Notes: generated by a model not told the origin, from the letters alone. 64,000 bases of DNA from an uncultured Gammaproteobacteria bacterium (GCA_963797555.1 CAWCPV010000003.1:512001-576000); one strand, 5' to 3'. Positions 41,165-52,186 are shown, counted from the stretch's first letter. A program made the numbers and translations.

Positions 41165-41395
41165 CCCCTCACCTTTCGGCAGCTCTCCGTGGGCTTCGTT
41201 CCGCCCGTGCGCGAAGACCGGCTAGACGAGCCGAACCGCCGCCCACCCTCCGGCACCCGCGGAAGATGGCGAGCTTTTGCGCGCCACGGCCAGCCGCGGC
41301 GTATGTCACGATCCGGAACGTGGGCCGTCGCCGTGTGGGCACCTGCGGCTGAGCGGGGAGACGGAGCCTCTCGGTCGCGACCCGCCGCAACGCGC

Positions 41396-42412
41396 TCAGT
41401 GTCCGGTTGAAAGAACGACTCGAAACCGTGCCTTGCCGCTCATCATGCGCTCGTAGGCCTCGGTGACACGATCCAGCGGGAAGACTTCATTCATGGACCG
41501 CACGCCAGCGAGCACGCTGAACGAGAGCGCATCCTCCGAATCGATCGAGGTACCGGAGTACCAGCCCACGATCGATCGGCGTCCCGAGATCAGCAACATT
41601 GGAGACACTTCGAGCGCCTCGGCAGCGCCAAGAACCATCAGTGTCCCATTCACCCCCAGACCGCCCACGGCTGCGCTCATGGCTTTGCCGTTCGTCACTG
41701 TTGCGAGGATGACCCGGGCGCCGCCCAACTTGACCAGCTCGGCCGCCGGATCCTGCGCCTGACTGTCGATGTAACGCCACGCGCTCAGCGACCTGGCGAG
41801 CGCTTCCTTCTCCTTCCCGCGTGCGATGGCAACGGTCTTGAAGCCCATCTTCGCGGCGAACTGGATGCCGAGATGGCCGAGTCCACCCATCCCGAGTACG
41901 GCGACAACGTCGCCGGGCCGGGCGCCGCTGTTTCGCAGAGCGTTGAAAGTGGTGATCCCGGCGCACATCAGTGGCGCCGCCTCTACGGCCAACAGCTCTT
42001 CGGGAAGCAGCGCAAGCGCGCGGACCGGAGCGACCATGAAGTCGGCGTACCCGCCGTCGCGAGTGACGCCGGTTACCTGGGCGTACTGGCAGGCAAAGAA
42101 GTCACCCCGACGGCATGCATCGCAGTCCCCGCAGTGACCACCGTGCCAGCCCACGCCGACCCGCTGGCCGGGCGTCCAGCCAGCGACGCCGCTACCGATG
42201 GCATCGATGAGCCCGACGACCTCGTGTCCTGGAACTCGCGGGTACTGGATGCCCGGAAAGGTTCCCTCCTTCACCAACGAGTCGCTGTGGCAAATGCCGC
42301 AGGCCTCGACCTTGATTCGCACCGATCCGGCACCGGGCGCGGGGATTTCCCGTTCAACGAACTCAAAGGGTCCATTCGGCTGAGACACCTGGACGACACG
42401 CATCCTCGCCAT
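41396..42412 (-). CDS. Zinc-dependent alcohol dehydrogenase
   Basis: CGICHSD, GHEVVG, CGDCDACRRG, GMGGLGH. Confidence 0.95.
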   Translation of the reverse strand: MARMRVVQVSQPNGPFEFVEREIPAPGAGSVRIKVEACGICHSDSLVKEGTFPGIQYPRVPGHEVVGLIDAIGSGVAGWTPGQRVGVGWHGGHCGDCDACRRGDFFACQYAQVTGVTRDGGYADFMVAPVRALALLPEELLAVEAAPLMCAGITTFNALRNSGARPGDVVAVLGMGGLGHLGIQFAAKMGFKTVAIARGKEKEALARSLSAWRYIDSQAQDPAAELVKLGGARVILATVTNGKAMSAAVGGLGVNGTLMVLGAAEALEVSPMLLISGRRSIVGWYSGTSIDSEDALSFSVLAGVRSMNEVFPLDRVTEAYERMMSGKARFRVVLSTGH

Positions 42413-42639
42413 AGTTCCTCCAATTGTTCTGCCTCGGGCGTTGCGCGGCCGCGGAGCGATTCACTTCGATAACAAGTATGACATGCGGCACACTCCGCGC
42501 GCCGCGGGCTGACGATTCTGCACCGGCCGCGAACGCTACCCCGATCGCACACGCGAGCGGCCGATCCTCGCAGTCGGGCGCAGCCTCCTTCATCTGTCAC
42601 AACCGGCGGGATCGTGCGCCGTGCGACCGGTCCCCGGCA

Positions 42640-43668
42640 TCATCGCGTCTTGAGCTCCCGCAGTCGCGTACATTCGACCATGCGGTCGAGGCTGCGCGGT
42701 GTAAACACCTTCCCCCGAGTCGCGAGCAAGAGCTTTCTCATGTCCTCCCGCCGCACACCAAAGCCTCGACCGGCAATGCAGGCTATGACCTCGTAGCGAG
42801 GGCGGTCCGGCGGCTGGCCAGCCAGGCTCAATGCGCTGAGGTGTTGCACGCGCGTGACCTTGTCGCGAGCTGTTCCATCGTCCTCCGTCAGCTTTGCTTC
42901 GATGAGAGCTTGCGGGTTGAACTCGCTCGGCACGATGAAATCTGGAGCTTGGTCGAATCCAGGCAGGCGCTCTGCCCGCTTGGTTTTTCGGTAGCTCACT
43001 CCCTCGCGGGTGAGGACCTCTTCCACTGCGGATTCGAGGCTGTCTCCGACGATCTCGCTCACGGAATCGCGGTGCCCGGCAAACGGGCGGCCGAGGAACC
43101 GTTCATAAAGCAGCATTGCGTATGGCGCTCCCATGTCGGCCATCCGCCTCAGCGCTGCGGTGCCCGACCGGGTATCGGCTTTATCTAGCCGATGAATTCT
43201 GTCGGGCGCGACAGAGGGTGCCCCCTCCTCCAGCAGCTCGCCAGCAGCTCGTACCAGTGCGAGTATCCTCTCTCCGTTCACGCCCTTATCGGAAAGCGGC
43301 TTCGCGGGCGCCAGCCGTATACCTCGGTCCACGTTCCTGGCGAATGTCTGGGAGACCGTCATCCCGGTTCTCCGTGACGCGAGGTAAGCCCATTCGGATG
43401 GCGTGAATCCCAGGATCGAGCGCAGCACAATGAACGCGATCGGGACCTCAAATACGGCCTGCGCGAGTTTGGCTGCGGACAGGTCCGCGAAGTCGCCGGT
43501 CACGCGCTTGAGCGCTTCATATCCTTGCTCGAAGACAGAGTACTCTACGAATCCCATGCCTCGCGGGAGTACGAGGAATTCCGATTCGAGGCTGGAGAAG
43601 ACGGAGTCGACGAGTCCGTCCAGATCCTCCCTGACTTGCTCGAAGGAAACCTCAAAAGCGAATTTCAT
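42640..43668 (-). CDS. Putative PD-(D/E)xK restriction endonuclease
   Basis: APDFIVP...LIEAKLTEDDGTARDK; overlaps the 3' end of a methyltransferase gene. Confidence 0.7.
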   Translation of the reverse strand: MKFAFEVSFEQVREDLDGLVDSVFSSLESEFLVLPRGMGFVEYSVFEQGYEALKRVTGDFADLSAAKLAQAVFEVPIAFIVLRSILGFTPSEWAYLASRRTGMTVSQTFARNVDRGIRLAPAKPLSDKGVNGERILALVRAAGELLEEGAPSVAPDRIHRLDKADTRSGTAALRRMADMGAPYAMLLYERFLGRPFAGHRDSVSEIVGDSLESAVEEVLTREGVSYRKTKRAERLPGFDQAPDFIVPSEFNPQALIEAKLTEDDGTARDKVTRVQHLSALSLAGQPPDRPRYEVIACIAGRGFGVRREDMRKLLLATRGKVFTPRSLDRMVECTRLRELKTR

Positions 43669-45856
43669 CGCTTTGCCGGTAAGCCACAGCGTCCTCACGG
43701 ATCGCGCGCGCCCGCACGCCATGGGTCCCCGGCAGATCCTCCTCCAGGCGGCCTTCGACCGCGGAGGCGGGTCCGACAAGTTGCACCTGTGCATCGATCG
43801 CGGCCAGCCGCTCGGCAATCGGCCGGCTGCTATCCCATCCGTTTCTCAGCCGCCAAATACACAGGCGGACAAGGTGCCCGTACAGGATGCAGCGGAGATC
43901 GCCACGCGTGGGCCTGACACCACCCTCGCGCAGCGCGGCGAGGTCCGCGCGCACCAACTCGGCAACTCTTTCCGGCTCGTCCGCTATCCACCTGCGCGGG
44001 ACAGAGCCCGTTGTCCGACAGACGAATACCGTGTCCACCACAGATGAGCCAGTACCGTTGATGTGAATCGAAGCCCCCATCTCCGCCGGACAGGGCAGCG
44101 ACGCGGAGCAAGTCAGCCCCGCGTCCAGAATTGCGACGGCTATGGGAGAATAGGCTTCCAGCTTGTTGTGGTGATAGGTAAACACCAGCGGCGCGCCGGG
44201 CTTCAGCGCATGCACCATGCGCGCGAAGACCGCCGAGAGGCCTTCCGTGAAGTGTTCGAGCCCTCGTTCCCGAGTGATATTTTCGGTCAGCTCATCTTGG
44301 TGGCGCGTGCTGGGAGAACGAAACGCGGGCTCGCTCGCCCCCAGCAGCCGTCTGAGCCATACATAACAGAAATCCATCAGCTCCGCATATTGGACATTGC
44401 CGAAGTATGGCGGGTCGGTAAATACGGCGTCCAGGCTCCCGGCAGGAAGCTCTGCGACCGTGGCACTGCCGCATCGCAGGTCAACCCCTCGGCGCTCCGG
44501 TCCATCAGCTCCGGCCCGCACGTCGCCGATCCATTCGCCGGAGATCGGGATCTGGAGCTTTCGTCCACCCCGGTAGCGCACCTCGAACGGTCGCTCGCAA
44601 TACGCCTTCGCCTTGAAGTACTTATCGACGATGTTCGACCAGCCTCCGCTGCCGACGTTGGAGCCCCCGTCCTTCGGGATCCCGAGCAGGTTCGATTCGC
44701 ACTGGACCAGGCCGACCGGGAAGCCGTGCACGGAAAAGATGTCCAGCGACTTCAACGCGACGGTGTCGTAGCGGCAGAGCATGTTCTGGTAACGCAGCAG
44801 ATCCGACAGATTGGTGGCCAAGGCATTGCGCACCCGGACGTCAGACTCCGCTGCGATATGTCGAGCGCTCAGCTCCAGACCCAAGATCTGGCGTTCGTTG
44901 AACATTTCCCTGTACAAGCGGTACCCCCAGCGGTGCAGGCGGTCCGTCTCGTCACCGCAGGGAATCTCATCGTCCGGCACAAACTCCGCAACCAGGGTCC
45001 TGCATTGGGCCGATGCTGCAGCGTAACTGGCCAGGTCTTCCTGGTCCGGCGCCTTGAAGAAACGGCCCTTGTGCGCGGCCCTGCATGACGGACAGTGGTA
45101 TTCGATAGCGAACATCCGGTGGCGCGGGGGAGCAGGCTTCGCCCCCGGATAAAGGTTTTCTTCTCCACAATGCGGGCACAGACAACGGCCCCGCCGCGCC
45201 GGGCCTTCGAGCGTCAACGGCGCCGAGCACGCGGCACAGCGGCCCGGTCTGTGGCGGTCAACAGCCTCGGTGAGCGCACCGCACCGGCCACAAACCAACA
45301 CATTGCGCGGGTGGCGCTGGTCCGCCGCCAACAAGTAACCTGGGAAGAGGTCGATCTCCCGGCCGCAAGCTCGGCAACCCACCCACTTGACCCACAAGAA
45401 GTACTTGACGCTCGCCTCCCGAGACCCGCATTCCACGCATCCGGTCCGATACAGGTGCCCCACGTCCTGTGCAAGCCGGCGACTCAACCGCACCGCCGCT
45501 TCGCGATATGCCGCCAGATCGAGGTGCTCGATCTCCTGTCTCACCACCCAGTAGGCCATCGGGTTGATGTCCCAGCCCAGCACGTCGCATCCCAGCCGGT
45601 TGGCCTCCAAGAGCGGCGTCCCGCCGCCCATGAACGGATCTGCGATGCATAGCCCGCCGAGGTCGTTGCTACGAAAGAACGCCTCCGCGACCGGCCGGTC
45701 CCCGAACTCCGCCAGGAGCAGCCCCCGGAACAGCGTCCCCGGACGCCGCGCGAACCACTTGTGGACGGCGATGACCGGGCGGTAGTTCTGCTGAATCTGC
45801 TTCTCGCGCAGCGCCAGGTCAGCGACGAAAGGAATATCCAGATCGCGTTCGATCAC
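43652..45856 (-). CDS. DUF1156-type adenine DNA methyltransferase with Zn-ribbon insert
   Basis: HKWFARRPG, DPFMGGG, multiple CxxC, FTDPPY. Confidence 0.88.
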   Translation of the reverse strand: MIERDLDIPFVADLALREKQIQQNYRPVIAVHKWFARRPGTLFRGLLLAEFGDRPVAEAFFRSNDLGGLCIADPFMGGGTPLLEANRLGCDVLGWDINPMAYWVVRQEIEHLDLAAYREAAVRLSRRLAQDVGHLYRTGCVECGSREASVKYFLWVKWVGCRACGREIDLFPGYLLAADQRHPRNVLVCGRCGALTEAVDRHRPGRCAACSAPLTLEGPARRGRCLCPHCGEENLYPGAKPAPPRHRMFAIEYHCPSCRAAHKGRFFKAPDQEDLASYAAASAQCRTLVAEFVPDDEIPCGDETDRLHRWGYRLYREMFNERQILGLELSARHIAAESDVRVRNALATNLSDLLRYQNMLCRYDTVALKSLDIFSVHGFPVGLVQCESNLLGIPKDGGSNVGSGGWSNIVDKYFKAKAYCERPFEVRYRGGRKLQIPISGEWIGDVRAGADGPERRGVDLRCGSATVAELPAGSLDAVFTDPPYFGNVQYAELMDFCYVWLRRLLGASEPAFRSPSTRHQDELTENITRERGLEHFTEGLSAVFARMVHALKPGAPLVFTYHHNKLEAYSPIAVAILDAGLTCSASLPCPAEMGASIHINGTGSSVVDTVFVCRTTGSVPRRWIADEPERVAELVRADLAALREGGVRPTRGDLRCILYGHLVRLCIWRLRNGWDSSRPIAERLAAIDAQVQLVGPASAVEGRLEEDLPGTHGVRARAIREDAVAYRQSDEIRF

Positions 45857-45987
45857 GCTGGCGTCCCGCTCGCTAAAGGTCTAGCCGTCAACTCTCTCTC
45901 CATCGTCGGAACTCGCGCGCCCCGTTCCACGCCTCGGTCCTTGAATGACCACGCGCGGACATACGCAGCCACGCCCGCGTGGCCCGC

Positions 45988-46018
45988 GTAGCCTGGATGG
46001 AGCACAGCGGAATCCGGG
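45988..46018 (+). repeat. REP-like palindrome (GTAG family)
   Basis: GTAGCCTGGATGGAGCACAGCGGAATCCGGG; related inverted copy at 50259-50290. Confidence 0.7.
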
Positions 46019-46136
46019 TTTATTCATTCTCCAAAGCCACATCAGCACCGCGGAGGCGTCGATCACCATACGCCGCGAACCCACATCAGCGCGGCATTTG
46101 CACCAATATCATCGCCCTCAGCCAAGGGAGATACGT

Positions 46137-47138
46137 TCAATGCACTGTCTCGCGCGGCAGCAACACGTTGGCTGGCTCGATTCCCCCGGATTGGTAGAAC
46201 AGCGCAAAGTATTCCTGCGCCGCAGCGGCGGAGAACGAGAAGATACGATCCGCGACGGCGTCCCGCGTGGTGGCGGCACCATCGTCCGGGGGGGAGGCCC
46301 GAGCCAACTCCTCCAGCAGCACGCTGCGGCCGATGCGATGGGCGACACCGGTCATGGCCCACACCGCCTGTTCCCTGCTGGCCCTGTCCCCTTCCACGGC
46401 AAGCTGCAACAGGGGGATGACCGCGCGTCGGTCACCGGCGCGGCAGACGAAGCCGAAGAGTTCGTAGAAGCGGCGCCCCTGCTCGAGGAGCTCCCATAGA
46501 GCATCGGCCGCCCGTTCATCGTGCAGATCGATCAAGCCCCACAGCGCACCGATCAAGAGGTTCTCCCGGCGGTTGTCCTTGACCGTCTGATACAAGCCCC
46601 AGATCCGATCGGCCGCTTGCCGCGCCTGAAGCAGCCCGAGCGCGACAGCGGCGAGGCTGCGCCCATAGTTACTCAAGGTGTCCCAGATCTCCAGCAAGGG
46701 CGCGATGCCCGCCTCCCCGCACCAGCGCAACCCCTCGACGCACTTCTCTTCGATGACAGTGCGGTCCTTGTGGAGCGGTGCCAAATTTAGGCGCCTGAAA
46801 CCCTCCGCGATCGCCGGCGCCGCGCCGGGACCGAACTCGCCCATGCGTCTCAGCCACGCCTCCTCACCCATGCCGGTGGCCGAGGTCGCCCGCTCCAGCA
46901 ATTCCTCAACGCTCCGGGCGCTCTCGATCCGCTCCAGCCTTTTCTGGTCGCGCTTCCAGAGAGTGGGATCGAGCCTGGCCGCACGCGCGGCCACCATGCT
47001 GCGGGTCTCAGGATCGAGCAGCATCGTACGCAAGAGCGTCTGAGCACTCGGTGCCGCACCCCAGGGCATCGCCCCGCCGCCCGGCGGCCGGGTGGGCTTC
47101 GATGAGGTCTTTCGCTTGCGACGACTGGGCTTGGACAT
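46137..47138 (-). CDS. Hypothetical HEAT-repeat-like protein
   Basis: Helical repeats AAVALGLL, ALWGLIDL..ERAADAL, GDRRAVIPLL. Confidence 0.65.
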   Translation of the reverse strand: MSKPSRRKRKTSSKPTRPPGGGAMPWGAAPSAQTLLRTMLLDPETRSMVAARAARLDPTLWKRDQKRLERIESARSVEELLERATSATGMGEEAWLRRMGEFGPGAAPAIAEGFRRLNLAPLHKDRTVIEEKCVEGLRWCGEAGIAPLLEIWDTLSNYGRSLAAVALGLLQARQAADRIWGLYQTVKDNRRENLLIGALWGLIDLHDERAADALWELLEQGRRFYELFGFVCRAGDRRAVIPLLQLAVEGDRASREQAVWAMTGVAHRIGRSVLLEELARASPPDDGAATTRDAVADRIFSFSAAAAQEYFALFYQSGGIEPANVLLPRETVH

Positions 47139-47350
47139 GGGCTGTCAATCCTCTCAAAGGTCGCTGAAGCGTTGGAGCACGGCCCCGTTTGGGGAGAGCC
47201 GGGTCGAGTGCACGACCATGACTGACCATCGTACCTGCACTTGGAGACGCCTTGCCTCATGGCGCCGTATATTGCACGGCCACGACCACCCTTCCACCAC
47301 CGGCGGGCAGGGCCCGGGCATCGCAGTTCGATCCCGGCGATATCTCGGCG

Positions 47351-47828
47351 TTAAGGTGCGACATTGGCCATGGTGGAGACCACCTCCAGGAATCTCCGCC
47401 CGTCGGACTCTCTTATGTGCTAGTCCAGGACTAATCTGTACTTCCGGGTACGTCTGCACTTTTCTCCGGATAAGGTCACTGAACGCCTTCTGGATCGCGA
47501 CGGTGTCCCCGCAAGCCCGGGCGAAAGCCGACCTGTGCTCCTGGACGAGATCCTTGCGCCGGTCCTCCGGAACCAAGGACGCGTTCCAGGCCAGGACGGC
47601 GAAGGCGAGAGCGTTGCGATATTCAGCGTCGCCGTCGGCGCTATCCAGCAACGGCCTGGCAAACTCCAGGATCACCTGGGACATCTTCTGTGCGCCTGCC
47701 GGTATCATGCGCTGGTCGGCGTCACGAAATGCAGGGATCTGCTTGACCCGCTGCACCACCCCCGCATGTCTCCCCCGGCTGTGCGCCTGACGCTTTACTC
47801 TTGCCGGCGAGTCGTCTCTTCTTTTCAT
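47351..47828 (-). pseudogene. Hypothetical protein, disrupted near 3' end
   Basis: KMSQVILEFARPLL...FAVLAWNASL; reading degrades after RKVQTYPE. Confidence 0.5.
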
Positions 47829-48001
47829 CCTTCTTCGCTGTCACCTCAGCAGTCCTCCTTCGCTCCTGGCCATGCAATCCAGCGCATTAACATGGGAATG
47901 CGCCGCAGCCGCTCTTTGTCCCCACGGCGCCTGCTGAAGGGGCAACCGATCCCCGCGTCTCGTCGCGCCCCCCTCATGCTTCTCGCTCGCCCGTCATTCC
48001 T

Positions 48002-48985
48002 TCATAACTCGCCCCGCTCCATCAGCGTCGTCACTTTCGTCAGGCCGCCCTTGCGGAGGACCGCGAGGAATTCCCGAAGCGGCACCAGGTCGCTCGCTAG
48101 CGAGAAGTGCATGTCCAGTTCCGCGGCCCGGAATTGCTGCGCGAACCCCCTAATGCGCATGGCGTAGACACGATCGAAGAGCAGAGTCCGCAGCAGCTTG
48201 TCCGCCTTCCTCGCTGAGAGCATGTACCACTGCGCCTGGGCGATCGGCTCGTAGGTGCCCCTGAATGCGTGGCCCTGCGCCTTGACTATGCTCGCGACGA
48301 CGGCGTCTTCGAAGTCCCGTTTCCCGGTTGCCCGTTTCGATTGGTGAACCAGCGCCACGGCCTCGGCCAGATCGGAAGGAAGTCCCGCAGCAACGGCGTC
48401 GCCCGAGAGAGCGGGAACACCCACGATCGCAAAGAGGTACGGCAACCCTTCCTGCTCCTGTTTCTGCAAGGCGCTGAAGATCTTGTAGGTGGCGAGAGCG
48501 AAGCAGTCGTTCGGATCGAGCCCAACCAGTTCCGGCGCGCGGCGGAACCGGGCGCCGTGGAACTTGATGTTGATCCGGTAGATGGGCCGCCCCTGGCCGT
48601 TGTAGAGGCGATAGTCGGTGTCGCTCCTCGACTCGCGCAGGTCCCGCAGCTCCAGCTCATGGGTGTGCAATTCGGCGCGGAATATCTCCTCGAATGCAAG
48701 CTCGGCGCAGCGCCCGAGCAGAAGCTGGCCCAGAATGCGCCGAGCGCGGTCGATCTGCGGCGTTTCGATTGCCTCCGGGCCGACACCCAGCAGGAAGCGG
48801 ACCGGGGCCTGCGAACGGACCACATCAGCCAGCCTGCGCTCCGACGTGCGCACGTGCTTCGCAACCGATGACAACGCTTCTCCCGACCGCACGCGGCGAA
48901 GCGCTTGCAGCAGATGCAGCGGCCGGGGCCACGGACTCTCGGGCCAACATGTCTCCAGGACCCGGACGAAGTCCTCCTCCGTCAC
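48002..48985 (-). CDS. Putative restriction endonuclease
   Basis: GTGA-coupled to a MTase; AELAFE...SDTDYRLY...INIK resembles a PD-(D/E)xK variant. Confidence 0.6.
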   Translation of the reverse strand: MTEEDFVRVLETCWPESPWPRPLHLLQALRRVRSGEALSSVAKHVRTSERRLADVVRSQAPVRFLLGVGPEAIETPQIDRARRILGQLLLGRCAELAFEEIFRAELHTHELELRDLRESRSDTDYRLYNGQGRPIYRINIKFHGARFRRAPELVGLDPNDCFALATYKIFSALQKQEQEGLPYLFAIVGVPALSGDAVAAGLPSDLAEAVALVHQSKRATGKRDFEDAVVASIVKAQGHAFRGTYEPIAQAQWYMLSARKADKLLRTLLFDRVYAMRIRGFAQQFRAAELDMHFSLASDLVPLREFLAVLRKGGLTKVTTLMERGEL

Positions 48986-49947
48986 GGGCTCTCGCCGTAA
49001 AGATCGAGGCCGAAGCGCAGGGCCGAAGTCTTCAGATAGTCCAGGTTGTTCTCCGACGCGATCCACAGGCGGCCCAGATCTTCCGCAATGCGCCCCGTGG
49101 TGTTGCTGCCGGCAAAGGGGTCGAGGACGATCTCGTCTTCCTGGGTGAGCAGCCGGATGAAGAACTCCGGAAGGGCGGCGGGAAACCGGGCGGGATGCAC
49201 CTTGAGTCCCCGCTCCTTGCACGTCCGCATGTAGTCCGAGTTGCTTTCGTTGTTCCCGCGGGCGATCAGGTTGGCGGGAATCGCGCCCCCGTGGTCGCGC
49301 CGGAATTTGGCCGTGATGTTGTGGCCGCTCGGCCGCTTCTTCGCGTGGTAGCCCTTGTCGAGGATGCGCTCCATGTCGGGACTGTAAGGCACCAGGACCG
49401 CCCGGTTGTCGGCGGCGGGCCAGGGCGACGGCGCAAGCCACCACACGTATTCCACCGAATCCTTGATACGCATCCGGCGCACGTTCACCCACTCCGCCGG
49501 GGAAGGAAGCTCGGCCGGGTTGTACCAGAAACACTCCTGAGCCAAGTGGAATCCGACGCGCTCGCAGAGGGCGATCAGGAGCTTGAAGTGATAGAGCGAC
49601 CGCGTCGGGACACCGGGGTTGTAGCTCCCGCTAATGTTCAGGATGAAGCTCCCGTCGGGCATGAGGACCCGTTTGATCTCCTCCGCGAACGGCAGGAACC
49701 ACTCCACGTAGTCCTGCTTGTCGACGTTCCCGTACTCCTTCTTGAAGTGGAGCGCGTACGGCGGCGAGGTAATGACCGCCTTGACCGTCTCGGCCGGCAT
49801 CTCCCGGAGCAGTTCCAGGGAGTCGCACGCGTACGCTGCGCCGCGCGCGGTGCGGTACAGCGGCTCCCGCGCCGCCAGCAGCCGCGCCGGGTGTCGCTCG
49901 CGCGGAGGGTCCAGCAGCGACGCCTGGGCAGGGGACGGCGGGTTCAT
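48982..49947 (-). CDS. Beta-class N4-cytosine/N6-adenine DNA methyltransferase
   Basis: ITSPPY precedes HPARFP...[12 protein letters not shown]. Confidence 0.92.
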   Translation of the reverse strand: MNPPSPAQASLLDPPRERHPARLLAAREPLYRTARGAAYACDSLELLREMPAETVKAVITSPPYALHFKKEYGNVDKQDYVEWFLPFAEEIKRVLMPDGSFILNISGSYNPGVPTRSLYHFKLLIALCERVGFHLAQECFWYNPAELPSPAEWVNVRRMRIKDSVEYVWWLAPSPWPAADNRAVLVPYSPDMERILDKGYHAKKRPSGHNITAKFRRDHGGAIPANLIARGNNESNSDYMRTCKERGLKVHPARFPAALPEFFIRLLTQEDEIVLDPFAGSNTTGRIAEDLGRLWIASENNLDYLKTSALRFGLDLYGESP

Positions 49948-50258
49948 CGGCTCATGCCTCCCTCTTTCTCGCGTTCATTTGCCTTTTGCAGCATCCCACC
50001 CTCGCCGCGGAGCGCACTTGCTGTTGGCACGCGCCAGAGTGTCGGGCTTCCCTCCGGGGTTCCGCCTCTGTTCCTCTACCGCGCGTCGGATATCAAAATA
50101 CCAAAGCACGGCCACGGCCCCGGTCCGGGACCGAGAAGCACGGCCCCGGTCCCGTTTGCGACGAGCACAAGCTGTGGCGGTCACTCAGGCCAACCCTAGA
50201 GAAATACATGCCTCCCGAGCCCGGGTTTCGGCGGCAATTGAGCATGGTGTGTTGTCAT

Positions 50259-50290
50259 CCCGGATTCCGCTGGACTGCATCTGGGCTACG
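50259..50290 (-). repeat. REP-like palindrome (GTAG family)
   Basis: Reverse complement GTAGCCCAGATGCAGTCCAGCGGAATCCGGG. Confidence 0.65.
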
Positions 50291-50327
50291 TTTGTTACGC
50301 TTGCCAACCCTTGCCCGACGGGAGATC

Positions 50328-51158
50328 TCAGCCCGCAAGATGCGCCGAGCTTGTCCCGGCGCGATAACGTTCGCCTTCCCGGCTCGCCGCTTGCGCCGCA
50401 TCCTCTGGAAGGGATTGCTGGGCCACGCCTGCAACTGAACGAAAAAATCGCTCTGCTTCGTGCACGATGCGCTCTTGAACCGCGCTCGTTCGCCACGGCG
50501 GCGATGGGCTGTGCCGCATATGCCTGACAGAGTAACGGCGCGGGCGAAGAACGGGTTTCCTTCCATTGGAAAAGAGTTGCCAGAGCGCTTCGTAGAGCGA
50601 GCCGAGGAAGGCCAGCATCTTCTGTAACTCCCGGATATTCGTCTTTGCAAATAGCGCCTCAATGTCCGCCCGCAAAGAGACCTCCCTGTGCGCGAACAAC
50701 TTGTGGCGAAGGTCTCTGTAGTTCGCTTCGTAGACCTTGCGGTGTTTGCGCACATGGGCTCGCAGCCGACGGAAATCGGCCGGGGTTGGAACGTACATAT
50801 CGCGCAAACGCTCAGCCAACCAGGTAGGTGGGTTCGGGTTGCCACCCTGCTTTCGAGCACCGATGGTCGCCTTCGCGAAGATGGACGGGTTGTCCTGCGC
50901 GATGCGGAGAAGCCGATCGAGGTTGTGTGTGGAATTCTGATCGAAGACTCGTCCGAGGGCAATGAACGCGGCAGTCTGAAGCGCCGCAAGGTTCGTATTC
51001 CAGAACAGGGGAGCCGCTTTGAGTAGACGGCAAACAGGCTCATCATCCGCAGCAACCGCGTGCACCGTCAAGTACACGTAGAAGAACTGCGTCGCGGCCT
51101 CCACCTCAGTGCGGAAAATCTCCAGCTCTCGCTCAAATCTCGCTTCAGGTGAGGTCAT
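50328..51158 (-). CDS. HEPN/AbiU2-like hypothetical cassette protein
   Basis: FIALGRVFD and RHKLFAH (Rx5H) motif; starts just downstream of an attC. Confidence 0.6.
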   Translation of the reverse strand: MTSPEARFERELEIFRTEVEAATQFFYVYLTVHAVAADDEPVCRLLKAAPLFWNTNLAALQTAAFIALGRVFDQNSTHNLDRLLRIAQDNPSIFAKATIGARKQGGNPNPPTWLAERLRDMYVPTPADFRRLRAHVRKHRKVYEANYRDLRHKLFAHREVSLRADIEALFAKTNIRELQKMLAFLGSLYEALWQLFSNGRKPVLRPRRYSVRHMRHSPSPPWRTSAVQERIVHEAERFFRSVAGVAQQSLPEDAAQAASREGERYRAGTSSAHLAG

Positions 51159-51170
51159 GTCTATTGCTGT

Positions 51171-51266
51171 GCCCAACGCTGCGCGCAAGTGGCCGCCAAG
51201 GCGCGAAGCGCCGAGGAAACCCAACAGCGTAGCTGTTGGGCGGTCCGCTTGGCGCGCGTGTTAGAC
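51171..51266 (-). other. attC-like integron cassette recombination site
   Basis: Minus strand GTCTAAC (R'') ... imperfect palindrome ... GTTGGGC (R'), shortly after the WYL gene stop. Confidence 0.8.
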
Positions 51267-51282
51267 ATTAGGCCTATTAACA

Positions 51283-51573
51283 CTAGACCTGACAATCAAT
51301 GAAGGCCATTGCCTTATCCCCTCTCCGATACTCAGCTCTCGGTGAGAAGTGATCCTCCGTCAGATTGAGAGCGAAAATCTCCGCAGTCTTCAACAGTTTC
51401 CACCCGATCCGCTCACCACTCTCGCTGCCACCTCCCAGTTGGTAGCAGCGAAGAAGGCCGTCCCCATCTGAACCTCGGCCATAAGCGTAGGGCTCCACAA
51501 CACGGGAGTAGCCGTGATACCGGAGATCGAGAATACGTCTGTCGCGTATAGCGACACAAATGCTAGAGTTCAT
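51283..51573 (-). CDS. Stand-alone WYL-domain-like protein
   Basis: LRYHGYSRVVEPYAYG...LLRCYQ..GGSESG...WKLL. Confidence 0.75.
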   Translation of the reverse strand: MNSSICVAIRDRRILDLRYHGYSRVVEPYAYGRGSDGDGLLRCYQLGGGSESGERIGWKLLKTAEIFALNLTEDHFSPRAEYRRGDKAMAFIDCQV

Positions 51574-51577
51574 CGCA

Positions 51578-52036
51578 CTAAGTCGCCGATCCCTTTGGAG
51601 GGGGCGGGACATAGCCAGCCAATCTACCGTAATACTTTTGGCCGCAGGACGTGCAAACGCGAAGGCCACGGTCTTTTACGTCATCCACCAACTGTCGCGC
51701 CTTACGCTCATTCTCCCAACATCGCAGGCAGTAGGGCAGGCCCGAGGGAATACCATTCTCGTCAGCCAGGTAATACGCATCGTGTCGGCGTACGAGGGAT
51801 GCCTTGAGCTGAAAGGACTCCTCAAGTTCTGTGATGCGCTTGTCCTTCTCAATCAGCGCTTCCTGAACCTCTGCGATCTCCATCTTGGCGTCTGCGAGCG
51901 CAGATACCAGCTCAGCTAGCTTGAGTTTGAGTTCCGCTTTCTCAAGCGACAGGTCGCTGTCTCGAAGAAACCTAACAATATCTGTAGCAGTCTTCAGGCT
52001 GCTCAACGCCGCGGCAATGGTTGAAAGATCGGGCAT
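51578..52036 (-). CDS. Hypothetical coiled-coil plus Zn-ribbon protein
   Basis: LEKAELKLKLAELVSALADAK; YCLRCWE...CTSCG; GGGAG RBS. Confidence 0.7.
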   Translation of the reverse strand: MPDLSTIAAALSSLKTATDIVRFLRDSDLSLEKAELKLKLAELVSALADAKMEIAEVQEALIEKDKRITELEESFQLKASLVRRHDAYYLADENGIPSGLPYCLRCWENERKARQLVDDVKDRGLRVCTSCGQKYYGRLAGYVPPPPKGSAT

Positions 52037-52109
52037 ACCACTCCCCCAATGTCTGGCTCTAGCCGCCCAAGTCCAGCGCGCGGCGCACCATGTTCTCCAA
52101 GACGGAGCC

Positions 52110-52186
52110 GGTCCTGGTGTCACGCAGAACCATCGAGATCGGTCCCTCGGACGGCCAACATTTCCTTCCCGGGCGAGCGGTCCCGG
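52110..52186. repeat. Diverged duplicate of the dam 3' end (partner at 53110-53187)
   Basis: Minus strand encodes DRSPGKEMLAVRGTDLDGSA* versus dam DRSPAKEMLAVRGTDPGGSE*. Confidence 0.9.

Noticed and set aside
47210-47925. Further attC sites near 47215-47290 and 47865-47925
   Set aside because: Only a vague resemblance; no RYYYAAC/GTTRRRY pair could be identified.
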